The notes beneath the pieces are model-generated. The model saw nothing but the letters and a program-made list of their open reading frames with translations, did not search any database and was not told where the DNA came from. 64,000 nt of DNA from Candidatus Bathyarchaeota archaeon (GTDB lineage Archaea > Thermoproteota > Bathyarchaeia > Bathyarchaeales > Bathycorpusculaceae), in assembly GCA_963833575.1 (NCBI GenBank), contig CAWHXY010000007.1, positions 32,001 through 96,000 of the forward strand, written 5' to 3'. The translations under genes and the position numbers were made by a program. Position 1 is the first letter of the stretch. Each line of letters opens with the position of its first letter. Below are positions 39,554-49,789 of the stretch, piece after piece.

Positions 39554-40003
39554 ATGTCTGCCTTTACTAATCCATTTATTCTCATTCCTACAATCAGCAT
39601 ATTTTCTCAAGCGATTGTTTTAGGGTTGCTGATTTACGGTTACTGGCTTAAGAGACGGTTGGATTTTCAGCACCATGGAAAAATCATGAGCATTGCACTA
39701 ATTTTGCACTTGATTTTTGTTTTTGCGATAATGGTTCCATCTTTTGTTCTGGCGATAATTCCGGAATATTTGCTTCAAAATATTTTTGAGCCTGTATCAA
39801 TTATTTCTTTAGTTCATGTGCCTCTTGGAATCTTGGCTTTCACATTTGGACTGTGGCTCGTTCTTGCACGGCGACTAAAAGGTGTCAAAAGCTGTGTTAA
39901 TCGAAAGAAATTCATGCTTCCAACCATAGTTGCTTGGCTTGCCTCGCTATTTCTTGGAGTCTTGCTGTATGGCATTCTCATCATGTCTATTTTGAAAGGT
40001 TAG
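39554..40003 (+). CDS. DUF420-like 4-TM membrane protein
   Basis: Four TMs with His residues (HHGKIM, LHL, VHVPLG). Confidence 0.7.
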   Translation: MSAFTNPFILIPTISIFSQAIVLGLLIYGYWLKRRLDFQHHGKIMSIALILHLIFVFAIMVPSFVLAIIPEYLLQNIFEPVSIISLVHVPLGILAFTFGLWLVLARRLKGVKSCVNRKKFMLPTIVAWLASLFLGVLLYGILIMSILKG

Positions 40004-40542
40004 AGGTTTACTATTTGCGGAGTTATCGTTTCCTTTGTTATTTTTAGCAATCCAACCGAAGGCTTGTTACGGAAAGATGCTGGATCAGTTGGGCTTCCAG
40101 GGTTAATGTAAAGGGTTTTTTCTTCCCATTTTACCTTCGAAACATGCGTGTGTCCATAAACCAAAACATTGAAACCGTTCCGTTTAGCGATTTCTTCCAT
40201 TTTTCTTAGTCCGGAAATACTGTTGACATCATGGATAACGCCTATTTTCCAGTTAAAAATTTTAAGAGAGTTGAGTTGAGGAAAGGCATTGTTTACTTCT
40301 AATCCATCCATGTTGCCGTGAACCGCTAAAACTGGAGCAGCCTGTTCTAGTTCATCTATTACTGCTAATTCCACTAAGTCGCCTGCGTGAATAATAAAAT
40401 CTGTGTTTGCAAAGACTTCAAAAACTTTTTTAGGAATACACATTGCCCTTTTAGGGACGTGGGTATCGGAGATTAAACCAATGATCTTGGCTGCTTCATA
40501 GTTTTTTGTCTGTCGACTAACTATCGTTTGCTCACTTGTCAT
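40000..40542 (-). CDS. YfcE/MJ0936 metallophosphoesterase
   Basis: ISDTH, HAGD, GNMD, GHTH, NPGS; start likely ATG 40542. Confidence 0.9.
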   Translation of the reverse strand: MTSEQTIVSRQTKNYEAAKIIGLISDTHVPKRAMCIPKKVFEVFANTDFIIHAGDLVELAVIDELEQAAPVLAVHGNMDGLEVNNAFPQLNSLKIFNWKIGVIHDVNSISGLRKMEEIAKRNGFNVLVYGHTHVSKVKWEEKTLYINPGSPTDPASFRNKPSVGLLKITKETITPQIVNL

Positions 40543-40744
40543 TTTATGATTGACACCAAGATAGGCACATCTTGCTTGTTTAGAAGGCATTATTACTATA
40601 AAAATTTTGTATTCTTTAGAAGAAAAAGAGTATGCCAATTTGTTGTTTCGATTGTGCTCTTAACATATTAGGAACAAGCAAAAAAGGGAAAAAACTATTG
40701 GAGCAAATCGCTCCTAGAAACTAGGAAATAACATCAGCATTTTA

Positions 40745-42103
40745 TTAGCTCATGAACCTTTTTACGGTTTCATAAAGAATGCTTGTTCCATAAACTAGGT
40801 TTTCAATGGTGATTCGTTCGTCAATGCCGTGCATTCTTTTCTCTAATTGATCGTTTGGCTCATCTGGAATCATAGGCTGATAACCATAGCATATGCTGCC
40901 CGCTTCTCTAAAGAAGCGTGAGTCTGTTCCGCCAGTTGTTAATGTAGGTGTGATTCCGCATTTTGGTTCAAATTCCCTTAGAACACTTTTGATTGTGCTG
41001 TAGAGTGGCGTTTCTGTAGTAGATTCAGAGCCATCGTGCTTTTGAATAAACTCAAAACTTAGCTTTTCTAAACCTACATCTTTCAGTAAATCCTTAATTA
41101 AATCAAATGTCTTGTTAACGTCTTGTCCGGGTAGTATTCTACAGTCAAACACCGCTTCGCAGTCTGAAGGTATAATGTTTTCTTTAACGCCGCCTTGAAT
41201 CATGGTTGGAGCGATTGTCATTTTTGTTCTTGGTCTAATTTCTTCAGCCAAGGCTCGATCCTTTTTTGCTAACTCATCTAATATTTGCTCGCTTTCCAAA
41301 GGATTGGCAAGCAAACGTGAAAATATCTCGTTGATTTCATAGTCGTGCTTTCCCATTTCGGCAAGGAATTGTTTGAGGGTGGGCACGTAAATGGTTTCTG
41401 CTTTGTAGTTTCCCAATATATCTATGACTTTGTTCATGCGCATAACTGCATTATCTGCCGTATTAGGAGTGGACCCGTGTCCGGGTGTGCCTTTTGCTTT
41501 TATTCTGAGCCACAGGATGCCTTTTTCAGCCGTCTGGACCGGGAAGACATAACCATTTTTTGACGGGAAAGCCAAGCCTCCGCCTTCATTAATAACGTAT
41601 GGGCACAACAGTTTTTCTTTGTGGTTTCGTAGAAGGTAGCCTGCTCCTTCTTCGCCACCCTTTTCCTCATCCGCGGTAGCCGCTAAAACAACGTCTCCCT
41701 TAAGCTTAACGTGGTTTCTTTTCAAAAGCTTTAGAACCATGATTTCGATGGCCGTCATACATTTCATGTCATATGCTCCTCTTCCATACACATAGCCATC
41801 CTTTATTGTGCCGGTAAACGGATCAATAGTCCATTCTTTGGGATTCGCCGCCACTACATCCAGATGAGATAGTAATAATATGCTGGGTTTTTCGCCACTT
41901 CCTTTTAGTCGTGTGATTGCGTTGCCTCTTCCAGGAGACGATTCTATAATTTCAGTTTTGAAGCCTTCTTTGGCTAAGTATTCTGCTATATATGTTGCTG
42001 CTTGTGTCTCGTTGCCTGGAGGGTTAGTAGTGTTTATACGAATTAAGTCGCTAAGTAAACTAGTAATTTCTTCTTCTATATCCCTTAAAATGTTAGGTGA
42101 CAT
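40745..42103 (-). CDS. M20 family metallopeptidase/deacylase
   Basis: SHLDVV, GRGAYDMK, DEE, NEGG, GHGS, GGTD, HGIDERI. Confidence 0.92.
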   Translation of the reverse strand: MSPNILRDIEEEITSLLSDLIRINTTNPPGNETQAATYIAEYLAKEGFKTEIIESSPGRGNAITRLKGSGEKPSILLLSHLDVVAANPKEWTIDPFTGTIKDGYVYGRGAYDMKCMTAIEIMVLKLLKRNHVKLKGDVVLAATADEEKGGEEGAGYLLRNHKEKLLCPYVINEGGGLAFPSKNGYVFPVQTAEKGILWLRIKAKGTPGHGSTPNTADNAVMRMNKVIDILGNYKAETIYVPTLKQFLAEMGKHDYEINEIFSRLLANPLESEQILDELAKKDRALAEEIRPRTKMTIAPTMIQGGVKENIIPSDCEAVFDCRILPGQDVNKTFDLIKDLLKDVGLEKLSFEFIQKHDGSESTTETPLYSTIKSVLREFEPKCGITPTLTTGGTDSRFFREAGSICYGYQPMIPDEPNDQLEKRMHGIDERITIENLVYGTSILYETVKRFMS

Positions 42104-42256
42104 TAATTTTAGACTCCTGCAAGTGTTTCTATGAGTTTTTTCTCTTAAGAGTATCGATTAAAACGTTACTGTTGCCCTGTTAAACTGGAACAATTTTTCG
42201 TTTATTCAACAACGAAGTTTATATATGATGCTAAAAACGCTAGTGAATAGCAAAAG

Positions 42257-42772
42257 ATGATTACAATGAAAGAATTGAAACCCATCGACTACAAAATACT
42301 GTTTGAATTAATGAAGGATTCGCATAGAAGCGATAGACAACTAGCAAAGTCTTTGGGAGTTTCCCAACCTACAGTAACCCGAAGAAGAGCTATGCTGGAA
42401 GAAAACTTCATCGAAGGATATACTGTCATTCCTAAGTTTGGGCAAATCGGGTTTGAAATCGCTGCATTTACATTTCTGAAAACCAAACTTAAATTTAATA
42501 CAGGTGAGGAAAAAACCCAAGCCCTTCAAAAAATGAAGGAATGGTACATGAAACAGCCCAATGTAATTTTAGTCTTAGATGGAAGAGGTATGGGTTGGGA
42601 TGCAGCCTGCATTTCACTTCATGAAAGTTTTTCCAATTTCGCTGAGTTCATTAGGGCACATGATTCGGAACTGTCTGAATTTGTGATTGAAAGCCAAACC
42701 TTCCATGCTGATTTGAAAGCTGGAATCACAATCAAGCCATTCCACCTCAAATACTTAACAACACCAAAATAA
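42257..42772 (+). CDS. Lrp/AsnC family transcriptional regulator
   Basis: IDYKILFELMKDSHRSDRQLAKSLGVSQPTVTRR HTH. Confidence 0.88.
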   Translation: MITMKELKPIDYKILFELMKDSHRSDRQLAKSLGVSQPTVTRRRAMLEENFIEGYTVIPKFGQIGFEIAAFTFLKTKLKFNTGEEKTQALQKMKEWYMKQPNVILVLDGRGMGWDAACISLHESFSNFAEFIRAHDSELSEFVIESQTFHADLKAGITIKPFHLKYLTTPK

Positions 42773-43276
42773 AGCACCACTAAAACTGCCGTGGTTTTAG
42801 GCAGTTAATTTGTTCCACTTTACTTTCTTTCTTTATAACTTAGTCGAGATACCTCATTAGTTTTATTTACTATCAGGTTTTTTCAGTTTTGGATTTTTTA
42901 TTAATAAATCGCAAAAAAGAGATGGTGTTAGTGCATTTTGTTTCCAAAACAGCCCACATATGGCAGTTACGAATATGAAAAAGCATTTTCTCATCTATTA
43001 AACTTATAATCGAAGACAGTTCTGATTTCGGCGGTTTATCTTCTATTTCTTATTTTCTTTAGCAATCGTTTTTTTGTCGGAAGTTTTGGCTTCTTTGTTC
43101 TTTCTACATCTAAGGCCAAACAAATCAACCTGAGATATGTTTGCTATTTAGTGCATATAAAATTTGGTGTATTAAGCTACAAGAAATAAAACTTTGCTCT
43201 CTGAGTACTTCGTAATTTTGCTCTAGTGAAGTTTGAATTGGGTGTTTGTTATTTTATTCAGGAATTAATTGAAATT

Positions 43277-43414
43277 GTGTTGGAGGACTGGTTGTTGTTT
43301 GTTGGCAAACCAGTGCCATCCGTCATCGAGGAGAAAGGAGAAGGCTTCGAAAACGGAAAAAGTTTAGTTGGCTTTAGTGGTTTAGCCTTCAACCTTAACT
43401 AGTCCTCCAATCAC
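43277..43414. other. 138-bp segment bounded by a 17/18-bp inverted repeat
   Basis: GTG-TTGGAGGACTGGTT (43277-93) vs AACTAGTCCTCCAATCAC (43397-414); internal TGGCA/TGCCA and GAAGGCT/AGCCTTC stems. Confidence 0.55.
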
Positions 43415-43482
43415 GAGACTCAAGATACGAAAATTTGATAATTAAGCCTTATGAATCAAAAATAAAGATTGGAAATATGTGT

Positions 43483-44034
43483 TTAGCTAATCGCTAAAAC
43501 GCCTTCCAAAACGCTCTTTTCAGAAACATCTAGCTTTTTAGACAACCATGATTTCAGGACAGCAGAAAAATTCGGAATTGCACCACTAAAAGTAACAATC
43601 TGGTTACCCTTAATTGCATCCGCTTGGAGAATTTTTTCTTCCTCTTTATAGCTATAAGACACCGTTTGAGCTTGGAAAGCCAAAGTTTGGAAATCCTCCC
43701 ATTGCTTACACCGTAAAATCACGGTGGGTCCACCCTTAACCAAAGTAGGAATTACTGCTTGATCTACCTGCTCTTTAACTGCGGCAGGAAGCGCCTCTTT
43801 GGGTGAACTTGACAGACAAGTGATAAGTTTTGTGACTTCATTTTGAAGTACGCTTATTTTTTCTTCAACTTTTTCTACTTTGCCGCTCAGTTCTCCGGTA
43901 TCACCAATTTGCTCCGTAACGGTTGCTAACTCATTTATTAGCTTGTCTAAATCTTTCTCATGTTCTTTCAGAACGTTTACTATGAAATCTAAAGCTTCCA
44001 ATGCTTCATCTTTTGATTGTGGATTCCTCGCCAA
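43483..44034 (-). CDS. Hypothetical coiled-coil protein
   Basis: Start likely TTG 44034 after GGGGGT; N-terminal heptad repeats (EALDFIVNVLKEHEKDLDKLINEL). Confidence 0.7.
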   Translation of the reverse strand: MARNPQSKDEALEALDFIVNVLKEHEKDLDKLINELATVTEQIGDTGELSGKVEKVEEKISVLQNEVTKLITCLSSSPKEALPAAVKEQVDQAVIPTLVKGGPTVILRCKQWEDFQTLAFQAQTVSYSYKEEEKILQADAIKGNQIVTFSGAIPNFSAVLKSWLSKKLDVSEKSVLEGVLAIS

Positions 44035-44156
44035 TACTTTACCCCCGCGTATTACCCCTTCATTATACAGTTCGATAAATAAAGCTAACGAATTCTCAAG
44101 CAAGATCTCAGATAACGCTTTCTAATATATGACGACTTAAGATATTAAACCATAAG

Positions 44157-44957
44157 TTATTTTTGATTTTTTGGGTTACGCTTGTATTTCAAGTAGCCTA
44201 CTGCCGCCAAAGTTAGGATTGCCCCAGAAACAGCTACAAAAGCTACTAATAGAAAGCCCGAGTTTGAGCTCCAATAGCTAGAAGTTTGTGGCATGATTGC
44301 TTTACTTATGGGTTGAGTGGTATTTGCGGGAGGTGCTGTTGGTTCAGTAGTGGCTGCGTTTTCGGGTGTAACAATCGGTGACGGTGTTGGAGCTTGTGGT
44401 TGAGAATGCCCAGTTAAGTTATCTGACGACAAAATTCCGCTTAACTGCGATGGAGCAAAGTAGTTTGTTTGACTTAGATCAATTGGAGTGGTGCTCATTG
44501 ATATCAAAGTAATCGCTGCTATCCACATGTTGCCGTTGATTCCAGGAAGTACTAAACGCAGTCCTTCAAGGAGCGTAATTCCATTCAGCTCATAGGCAAT
44601 TATCACATCAGGTTGTACGGCAAGCTGCATTGGAATACTGACTCTATAACCGTCAGCAGCTAGAAAATCAAGGGATGCAACAGACGAGTCTACTCCGACT
44701 TGTTGAAGTAAGTAACTTAGGCTGACGCCCTGCCAGTCACCGTTGGTTTTTAGGGTGCTATAACAGTAAAGTGGAGCGCTTACGTTAGATATTGGCATTG
44801 CCAAAAGTTGATCATACGTATAACTGGTGGCGGAACCTGATAGAGTAGTTATTTGCAAATTTAAACCTGAGTCCGCTGAAACTTTTCCTATTGGAACTAT
44901 TACTAAGAGTCCAGCTAGTGCTAGAAAAAGGCAGGCTTGAAGCAGTTTCTTTTTCAT
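44157..44957 (-). CDS. Secreted molybdopterin-binding oxidoreductase-like domain protein, C-terminal TM anchor
   Basis: Signal peptide, WQGVSL..LL, AADGY, IIAYELNG, LRLVLPG..GNMWI, P/T linker, TM plus basic tail. Confidence 0.8.
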   Translation of the reverse strand: MKKKLLQACLFLALAGLLVIVPIGKVSADSGLNLQITTLSGSATSYTYDQLLAMPISNVSAPLYCYSTLKTNGDWQGVSLSYLLQQVGVDSSVASLDFLAADGYRVSIPMQLAVQPDVIIAYELNGITLLEGLRLVLPGINGNMWIAAITLISMSTTPIDLSQTNYFAPSQLSGILSSDNLTGHSQPQAPTPSPIVTPENAATTEPTAPPANTTQPISKAIMPQTSSYWSSNSGFLLVAFVAVSGAILTLAAVGYLKYKRNPKNQK

Positions 44958-44984
44958 AGTTCACTTCATCCTCTCAAGACAATA

Positions 44985-45000
44985 TATGACAATTGTCATA
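44985..45000. promoter_or_regulatory. Perfect 16-bp palindrome, candidate operator
   Basis: TATGACAATTGTCATA, between a TATA-like CTTAAG (45003-08) and the start of 44157-44957. Confidence 0.55.
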
Positions 45001-45213
45001 CTCTTAAGCTTTCCAAACCCAACCGAAGTTAAAATGATAGTTATCCGATCAAACGACCCAACCTAAGAAAAGCCCAAGTCGGCCAATTTACCCAGCAACG
45101 TTATTCATTCAAAGTTTCTTGTTTTAAACGCTAAGAACTAACGCCTATGATAAAAGCCTAAACTATATTGGGAAGAAAAACCGTAAGGATAACTATTAAG
45201 GTGAAACTGGCAC

Positions 45214-46143
45214 TTGAATCGGAAGGCACTCTTATGGCTAATTCTGATGAGCATTATCTTGGTTCCGCCAGTTTTTGTTAGTAACGTGTGTTCTCAAGCG
45301 TCACCTAGCTATTATGTAACAGTTGAGCCAGATTTTCTTCAAAATGCAGTTCAGTATTGGAGCATAGGCAGGATTGTCGCACTTTCATTTAAAGCATTAT
45401 GGACTTATGGACCCAACAGCGAACAAGGCATTCAAAATGCAACTGCTACAATCAATGTAACCGATCAGAATGATAAAGCCGTAGATACTTTATGCACTAA
45501 CACTGCCAACGGAACCTTTTCTTTCAACTATACTTCAAAAAGTCCTGAAATTCTAGCCTTCACTCCAACGAAACTAGTTACACAAAACGGGCAAGAATGG
45601 AACTCAAGCCTTATCGATTCAGCCCACAATGTCTACGGCTTTACGTATCACTGGATGCAAGTTTGGTGGGATACCTTCCAGGCCTCCATGGTAAACCAAC
45701 AGGTAGACAGTTCAGGAAACGTTGCCGTTTCAGTAAAAATAACACATCTACTGCTTCCTGAAAGCGGCCTAATGGTTGGTCCAGTTCTTGTGCCTAAGAT
45801 CGTTCAGGGCGAAAATGTTACTATCAACGGCATAAAAGCGGAAGAATCACAAACACCTGGCATTTACTCAGCAAATAATTCAGCATGGCTGAATCAAAAT
45901 TCTTTTGTTGTTGAGGTTTCCCAAGATTACTGGACAACAACATCAACTAACCTGAGCTTTGTTGCCAATGCTAATCACGCATATCTAATTCCCACACCTT
46001 CTCCAACACCATTAACGACTGCAGTGTCGTTAACTTCATTGTTGAGACAACCTTTATCAACATTAATTATTATCACAAGTATCGTGATGATTCTAACCAT
46101 AGCAATTGTTTTACTTCTCATTAACTTCAGAAAAAATAGGTAG
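45214..46143 (+). CDS. Secreted/membrane-anchored hypothetical protein
   Basis: Signal peptide, beta-rich body, PTPSPTP linker, C-terminal TM plus RKNR. Confidence 0.7.
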   Translation: MNRKALLWLILMSIILVPPVFVSNVCSQASPSYYVTVEPDFLQNAVQYWSIGRIVALSFKALWTYGPNSEQGIQNATATINVTDQNDKAVDTLCTNTANGTFSFNYTSKSPEILAFTPTKLVTQNGQEWNSSLIDSAHNVYGFTYHWMQVWWDTFQASMVNQQVDSSGNVAVSVKITHLLLPESGLMVGPVLVPKIVQGENVTINGIKAEESQTPGIYSANNSAWLNQNSFVVEVSQDYWTTTSTNLSFVANANHAYLIPTPSPTPLTTAVSLTSLLRQPLSTLIIITSIVMILTIAIVLLLINFRKNR

Positions 46144-46448
46144 AGCGAAAAATAGTAGAAAATTCTGAGTAATAAATCACTTTATTTTCAATGAATTTTT
46201 TTCAACTACATAAAGCGATGACTTCTTCAGTTATTCCGCGCAGATATGACTCTATTGTTAAGACTGTTTAAGAGAAAAAAGGAAACACTGAGTATCCAAA
46301 AGAGTTTGATCGGAAGGGTTTGAGCATTTGAAGCTCAAGTTAATTCGTCTAATTCAAGAAAAAAAATTATGGCAAAAGCCACGTAAGAGTCAAAAGCTTT
46401 GACGCTAGAAACAAATAACACACTCAAAACATTTCTCATCAAACGAGT

Positions 46449-46736
46449 TTATTGAGATTTCCAAGTACACTTAATTGCTTTTGGCTCACAGGTTAAAACG
46501 CATGGCGACATGTTGCTCTCAGGTTTACACGAAGCGCAGGTGTACTTAATTTTTTTTCTGTGTTCTTCTGTGACTGAAGCAGCAATTTTGTCTTCAAGGT
46601 CTATGAACATTGTTTCAAGCTGAAGCGCTGATTGAGGGCAATGTTTAACACATTTACCGCAGCCGTTGCATTTGTCAGTGTCAATTGTTATGTAATATTC
46701 TCCTGATCCATCGGTGTAGCCATAATGCGTAATCAT
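46449..46736 (-). CDS. 4Fe-4S ferredoxin (BzdM-like)
   Basis: Start ATG 46736: MITHYGYTDGSGEYYITIDTDKCNGCGKCVKHCP...CASC...PCVLTCEP. Confidence 0.85.
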   Translation of the reverse strand: MITHYGYTDGSGEYYITIDTDKCNGCGKCVKHCPQSALQLETMFIDLEDKIAASVTEEHRKKIKYTCASCKPESNMSPCVLTCEPKAIKCTWKSQ

Positions 46737-46746
46737 TAACGTGCTC

Positions 46747-47658
46747 CTAAGATTTTTGTGCCTTCTCGTAGAGTGCCTTTCCAAACAGAGCTGCACCTAA
46801 AGCTCCTGCCACCATAGGGTCTAAACCGTTATCTCGCCAATTAGGCATCGGCAAGCACTTCACTCCTAAAACAACTTCTATCCTGCTAACAATTCCGATG
46901 TTCTTCGATTGACCACCGGTAATAACCAATTCTTTTTCTAAACCTACCCTATTAATTAAGTTAGCCATGCGAACTGCCATAGCTCGAGTGTATGCCGCTA
47001 AGACCTTTTCTTTTGACCACCCCTTACGCAAAAGTCCCATTGCCTCAGTTTTTGCAAAAGCGACACAGGTACAGCTTACTGGCGGCGGCTCTTGATCAAC
47101 TTTTAGTGATATCCCACCGATGTCTTCGATCGGAATTTTTAGTAGGTCGGCGAATACTTCCATGCCTCTTCCTGTTCCAGCAGCGCATTTGTCATTCATC
47201 AAAAACGAAACAACACGTCCTGTTTCATCTATTAGAATGGCTTTAATGTCTTGTCCGCCTACATCAAGCACCGTTCGCACGCTGGGTCCCCAAATATAAT
47301 TTGCTCCTTTTGCATGGCATGCAATTTCAGTTATGGCTTTGTTAGCCATCGGCACGTTCACTCGCCCGTACCCTGTTCCGACAATATATTTGAGGTTGCT
47401 AATTTTGAGCCCTGTTCCCTTCAGAGCGTAATCTAATGCTTTTGTGGCGCTCTCAGGGCTGTTAGAGCCAGTTCGTGTTATGCCCCAAGAATAAGCTTCT
47501 CCATTAACCATTATTGCAGCTTTTGAGCCGACTGAACCAACATCGACACCTGCAGTGATTAGATCTTTGCTTGTCCAAGATTTACCGGGCATTATGCGTT
47601 GATATTCTTGCCAACGCCAAAACTCAACTGCATCTTCTACTGTGCTTAGCTCCTTCAT
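46747..47658 (-). CDS. ATP-dependent activator subunit, benzoyl-CoA reductase BzdQ/BcrA-like (ASKHA)
   Basis: EFWRW N-terminus, TAGVDVGS, TGYGR, EIACHAKGA, DVGGQDIK, MNDKCAAGTG, CVAFA. Confidence 0.85.
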   Translation of the reverse strand: MKELSTVEDAVEFWRWQEYQRIMPGKSWTSKDLITAGVDVGSVGSKAAIMVNGEAYSWGITRTGSNSPESATKALDYALKGTGLKISNLKYIVGTGYGRVNVPMANKAITEIACHAKGANYIWGPSVRTVLDVGGQDIKAILIDETGRVVSFLMNDKCAAGTGRGMEVFADLLKIPIEDIGGISLKVDQEPPPVSCTCVAFAKTEAMGLLRKGWSKEKVLAAYTRAMAVRMANLINRVGLEKELVITGGQSKNIGIVSRIEVVLGVKCLPMPNWRDNGLDPMVAGALGAALFGKALYEKAQKS

Positions 47659-48440
47659 TTTTGTGGCTCCCTAGCTCGACTAGCTGCAGTTAAAGCGGCG
47701 CCCAGTGCTCCTGAAAAGTCTGGATATTCGGGTATCAACACGTTTACGCCTAACTTACGATTTAATGATGCAACAAAGCCAACATCTCGCGCTACACCGC
47801 CAACCAGAACCACATCTGGATTTACTCCTAACCTATGAACCATAGACGAAACCCGATCAGCCATAGCGTCAAAAACTGCTCTTGCAATTTCAGGTTTAGA
47901 TTCTTGGCGATGAATTAGTGAAACAACGTCGGATTCTCCAAATATGACGCAGGAAGCGTTGATGGGGCTTGCACGTTCAGCTTTTAGTGAAAGTGGACCC
48001 ATATCTTCCAATTTAACTTCTAAAGCCCTCGCCATTGACTCAATGAATGCTCCGGCACCAGCGGCGCAGCGTTCGTTAACTACAAAATCAGTCATGATGC
48101 ATTTCTCGTCACATTTTACTGCTCTTGCTTCTTCAGCGCCAATATCAATTATTGTTCTTGCCTTCGGGAAAAGGTAACATCCAGCTTTGGCGTCAGCGCC
48201 CATCATACTTACAGTGCTTTTTGCGTAAGGCGCCATATCCATGTTTGAACCGGTTGCGACAACATAAGCAACATCAGAAATTTTCATGCCTGCCTGTTTG
48301 AGCGCTTCATCTACGGCTTGTTCGGCGGCTTTGGTTGGGTCAAACCCTGAGAACGCTTCCCCTCTTGAAACAACAATATTGTCTTTTAAGATTACCACTT
48401 TTATTTTTTGTGTGCCTAAGTCCATTCCTGCAGTAATCAT
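47655..48440 (-). CDS. ATP-dependent activator subunit, BzdP/BcrD-like (ASKHA)
   Basis: MITAGMDLG, DIGAEEARA, NERCAAGAG, NASCVIFGESDVVSLIH. Confidence 0.85.
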   Translation of the reverse strand: MITAGMDLGTQKIKVVILKDNIVVSRGEAFSGFDPTKAAEQAVDEALKQAGMKISDVAYVVATGSNMDMAPYAKSTVSMMGADAKAGCYLFPKARTIIDIGAEEARAVKCDEKCIMTDFVVNERCAAGAGAFIESMARALEVKLEDMGPLSLKAERASPINASCVIFGESDVVSLIHRQESKPEIARAVFDAMADRVSSMVHRLGVNPDVVLVGGVARDVGFVASLNRKLGVNVLIPEYPDFSGALGAALTAASRAREPQK

Positions 48441-48450
48441 TAGTTCACCT

Positions 48451-49782
48451 TTAGAAATCTACTCTTGCGGTTAACATTTCCAGAAATGCTTCGACACGGG
48501 TCTTCATTTGTCCAACATCTTCACGCGTGTACTCTGTGTCTAAGTAATACACGGGGATATTTAATTTGTCAAGAGCCTTCTTAACTCTCGTGTACTCCAT
48601 GGCATAGAGCATGCAGCCGCGCACCACATAGTAAATAACACCTTGAATATTGCTTTCTTTAATTTTGTTTATCAGCCAGTTTATCCGGTCTTCGTTGCCA
48701 TCTTTAGAGGTGAAGCAAGGGCAAGTTGAAGCCATCAAGTATCGATCGGCAATGGCGCTAATCATATCATCCATACTCCATTCATCTACGCCAACAGGAT
48801 CGTTGAGGATTCTCTCGCCTGAGCAGAGCTCGTCTGCAACAATGATGCCTCGTGGATTAGCTTCTTCAACCAGAGTTGGCAACTTCCAGTTATCAGGCCA
48901 AAACATCGGTGTACCGGTAACCATTACACGTGGAGTTTCCTCGGGGCAAACCCACTCTTTCCGTTGAGCCCTTTTATCAAGCTCATCGCATAATGCTTCA
49001 GTTTTTTCTGTCCAACGTTTTTTGTCATCCCACAAGTAGGTTTGATTAACAAGCATAGCGTCTCTGCCCATAATTACTGGCGATCCCTTCCGCAAATTCT
49101 GCAAACGGCGAAAAGCTCTAGTAGCCTTCTGACTTTGCTCAATAGCTTCTTTAAGGTTTTTACGATTAATTTTGTTGCCTGTCAACTCTTCAAGACGATC
49201 TTTCATACGCCATATTTCATCATTCCAAAAACGAAGTGAATGCTCTGCATCCTTAACCCTTGGAATGTTCATTTCCCAAACAGTTTTGGAATCACTTAAA
49301 ATCTCACCCATCTTCGTCATTCCGTCACAGGTTAAGACACTGATTAAGGCGTCGCTTTGTTCAAGGAAAGGCGATAACTCAATCATTTTTGCGCCTATGG
49401 TTGAACGGATAACTGGACAAACTTCAACTGGAACAATTCTGTCACCCAACTTAGAAGTGTCATACCAACCCGAATTTACTCGAACAGGGATGGCGTCGGC
49501 AGCTAAAATCAGCTCTGTTGGAGCAAACAAACATGTGTAACCAACTACTTTCTTACCTTTCTCTTTTTCAGCCGCAATCTCTTTTTGGCGTTGACCAAAT
49601 AAATCGGCTATCTCATCAAAATACTTCATAACTTCGGGTCTTTTGGGGTCAGCTTTCTTCATGCGCTCAATATTCTCAGCCATTACTTTTAGAGACGCAG
49701 TTTTGATAGTATTTCTTAGTTCTTCCATTTCTTTTGCGGGAATTTCAGGCATGTATTTTTTTTCTATCTTTTCGGTTTTCAT
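48451..49782 (-). CDS. 2-hydroxyacyl-CoA dehydratase family / double-cubane-cluster-like reductase subunit
   Basis: VGYTCLFAPTELILAA, VCPVIRS, TCDG, ELCSGER, TCPCF, GCMLY, GQMKTRVEAFLE. Confidence 0.82.
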   Translation of the reverse strand: MKTEKIEKKYMPEIPAKEMEELRNTIKTASLKVMAENIERMKKADPKRPEVMKYFDEIADLFGQRQKEIAAEKEKGKKVVGYTCLFAPTELILAADAIPVRVNSGWYDTSKLGDRIVPVEVCPVIRSTIGAKMIELSPFLEQSDALISVLTCDGMTKMGEILSDSKTVWEMNIPRVKDAEHSLRFWNDEIWRMKDRLEELTGNKINRKNLKEAIEQSQKATRAFRRLQNLRKGSPVIMGRDAMLVNQTYLWDDKKRWTEKTEALCDELDKRAQRKEWVCPEETPRVMVTGTPMFWPDNWKLPTLVEEANPRGIIVADELCSGERILNDPVGVDEWSMDDMISAIADRYLMASTCPCFTSKDGNEDRINWLINKIKESNIQGVIYYVVRGCMLYAMEYTRVKKALDKLNIPVYYLDTEYTREDVGQMKTRVEAFLEMLTARVDF

Positions 49783-49789
49783 TATTTCT

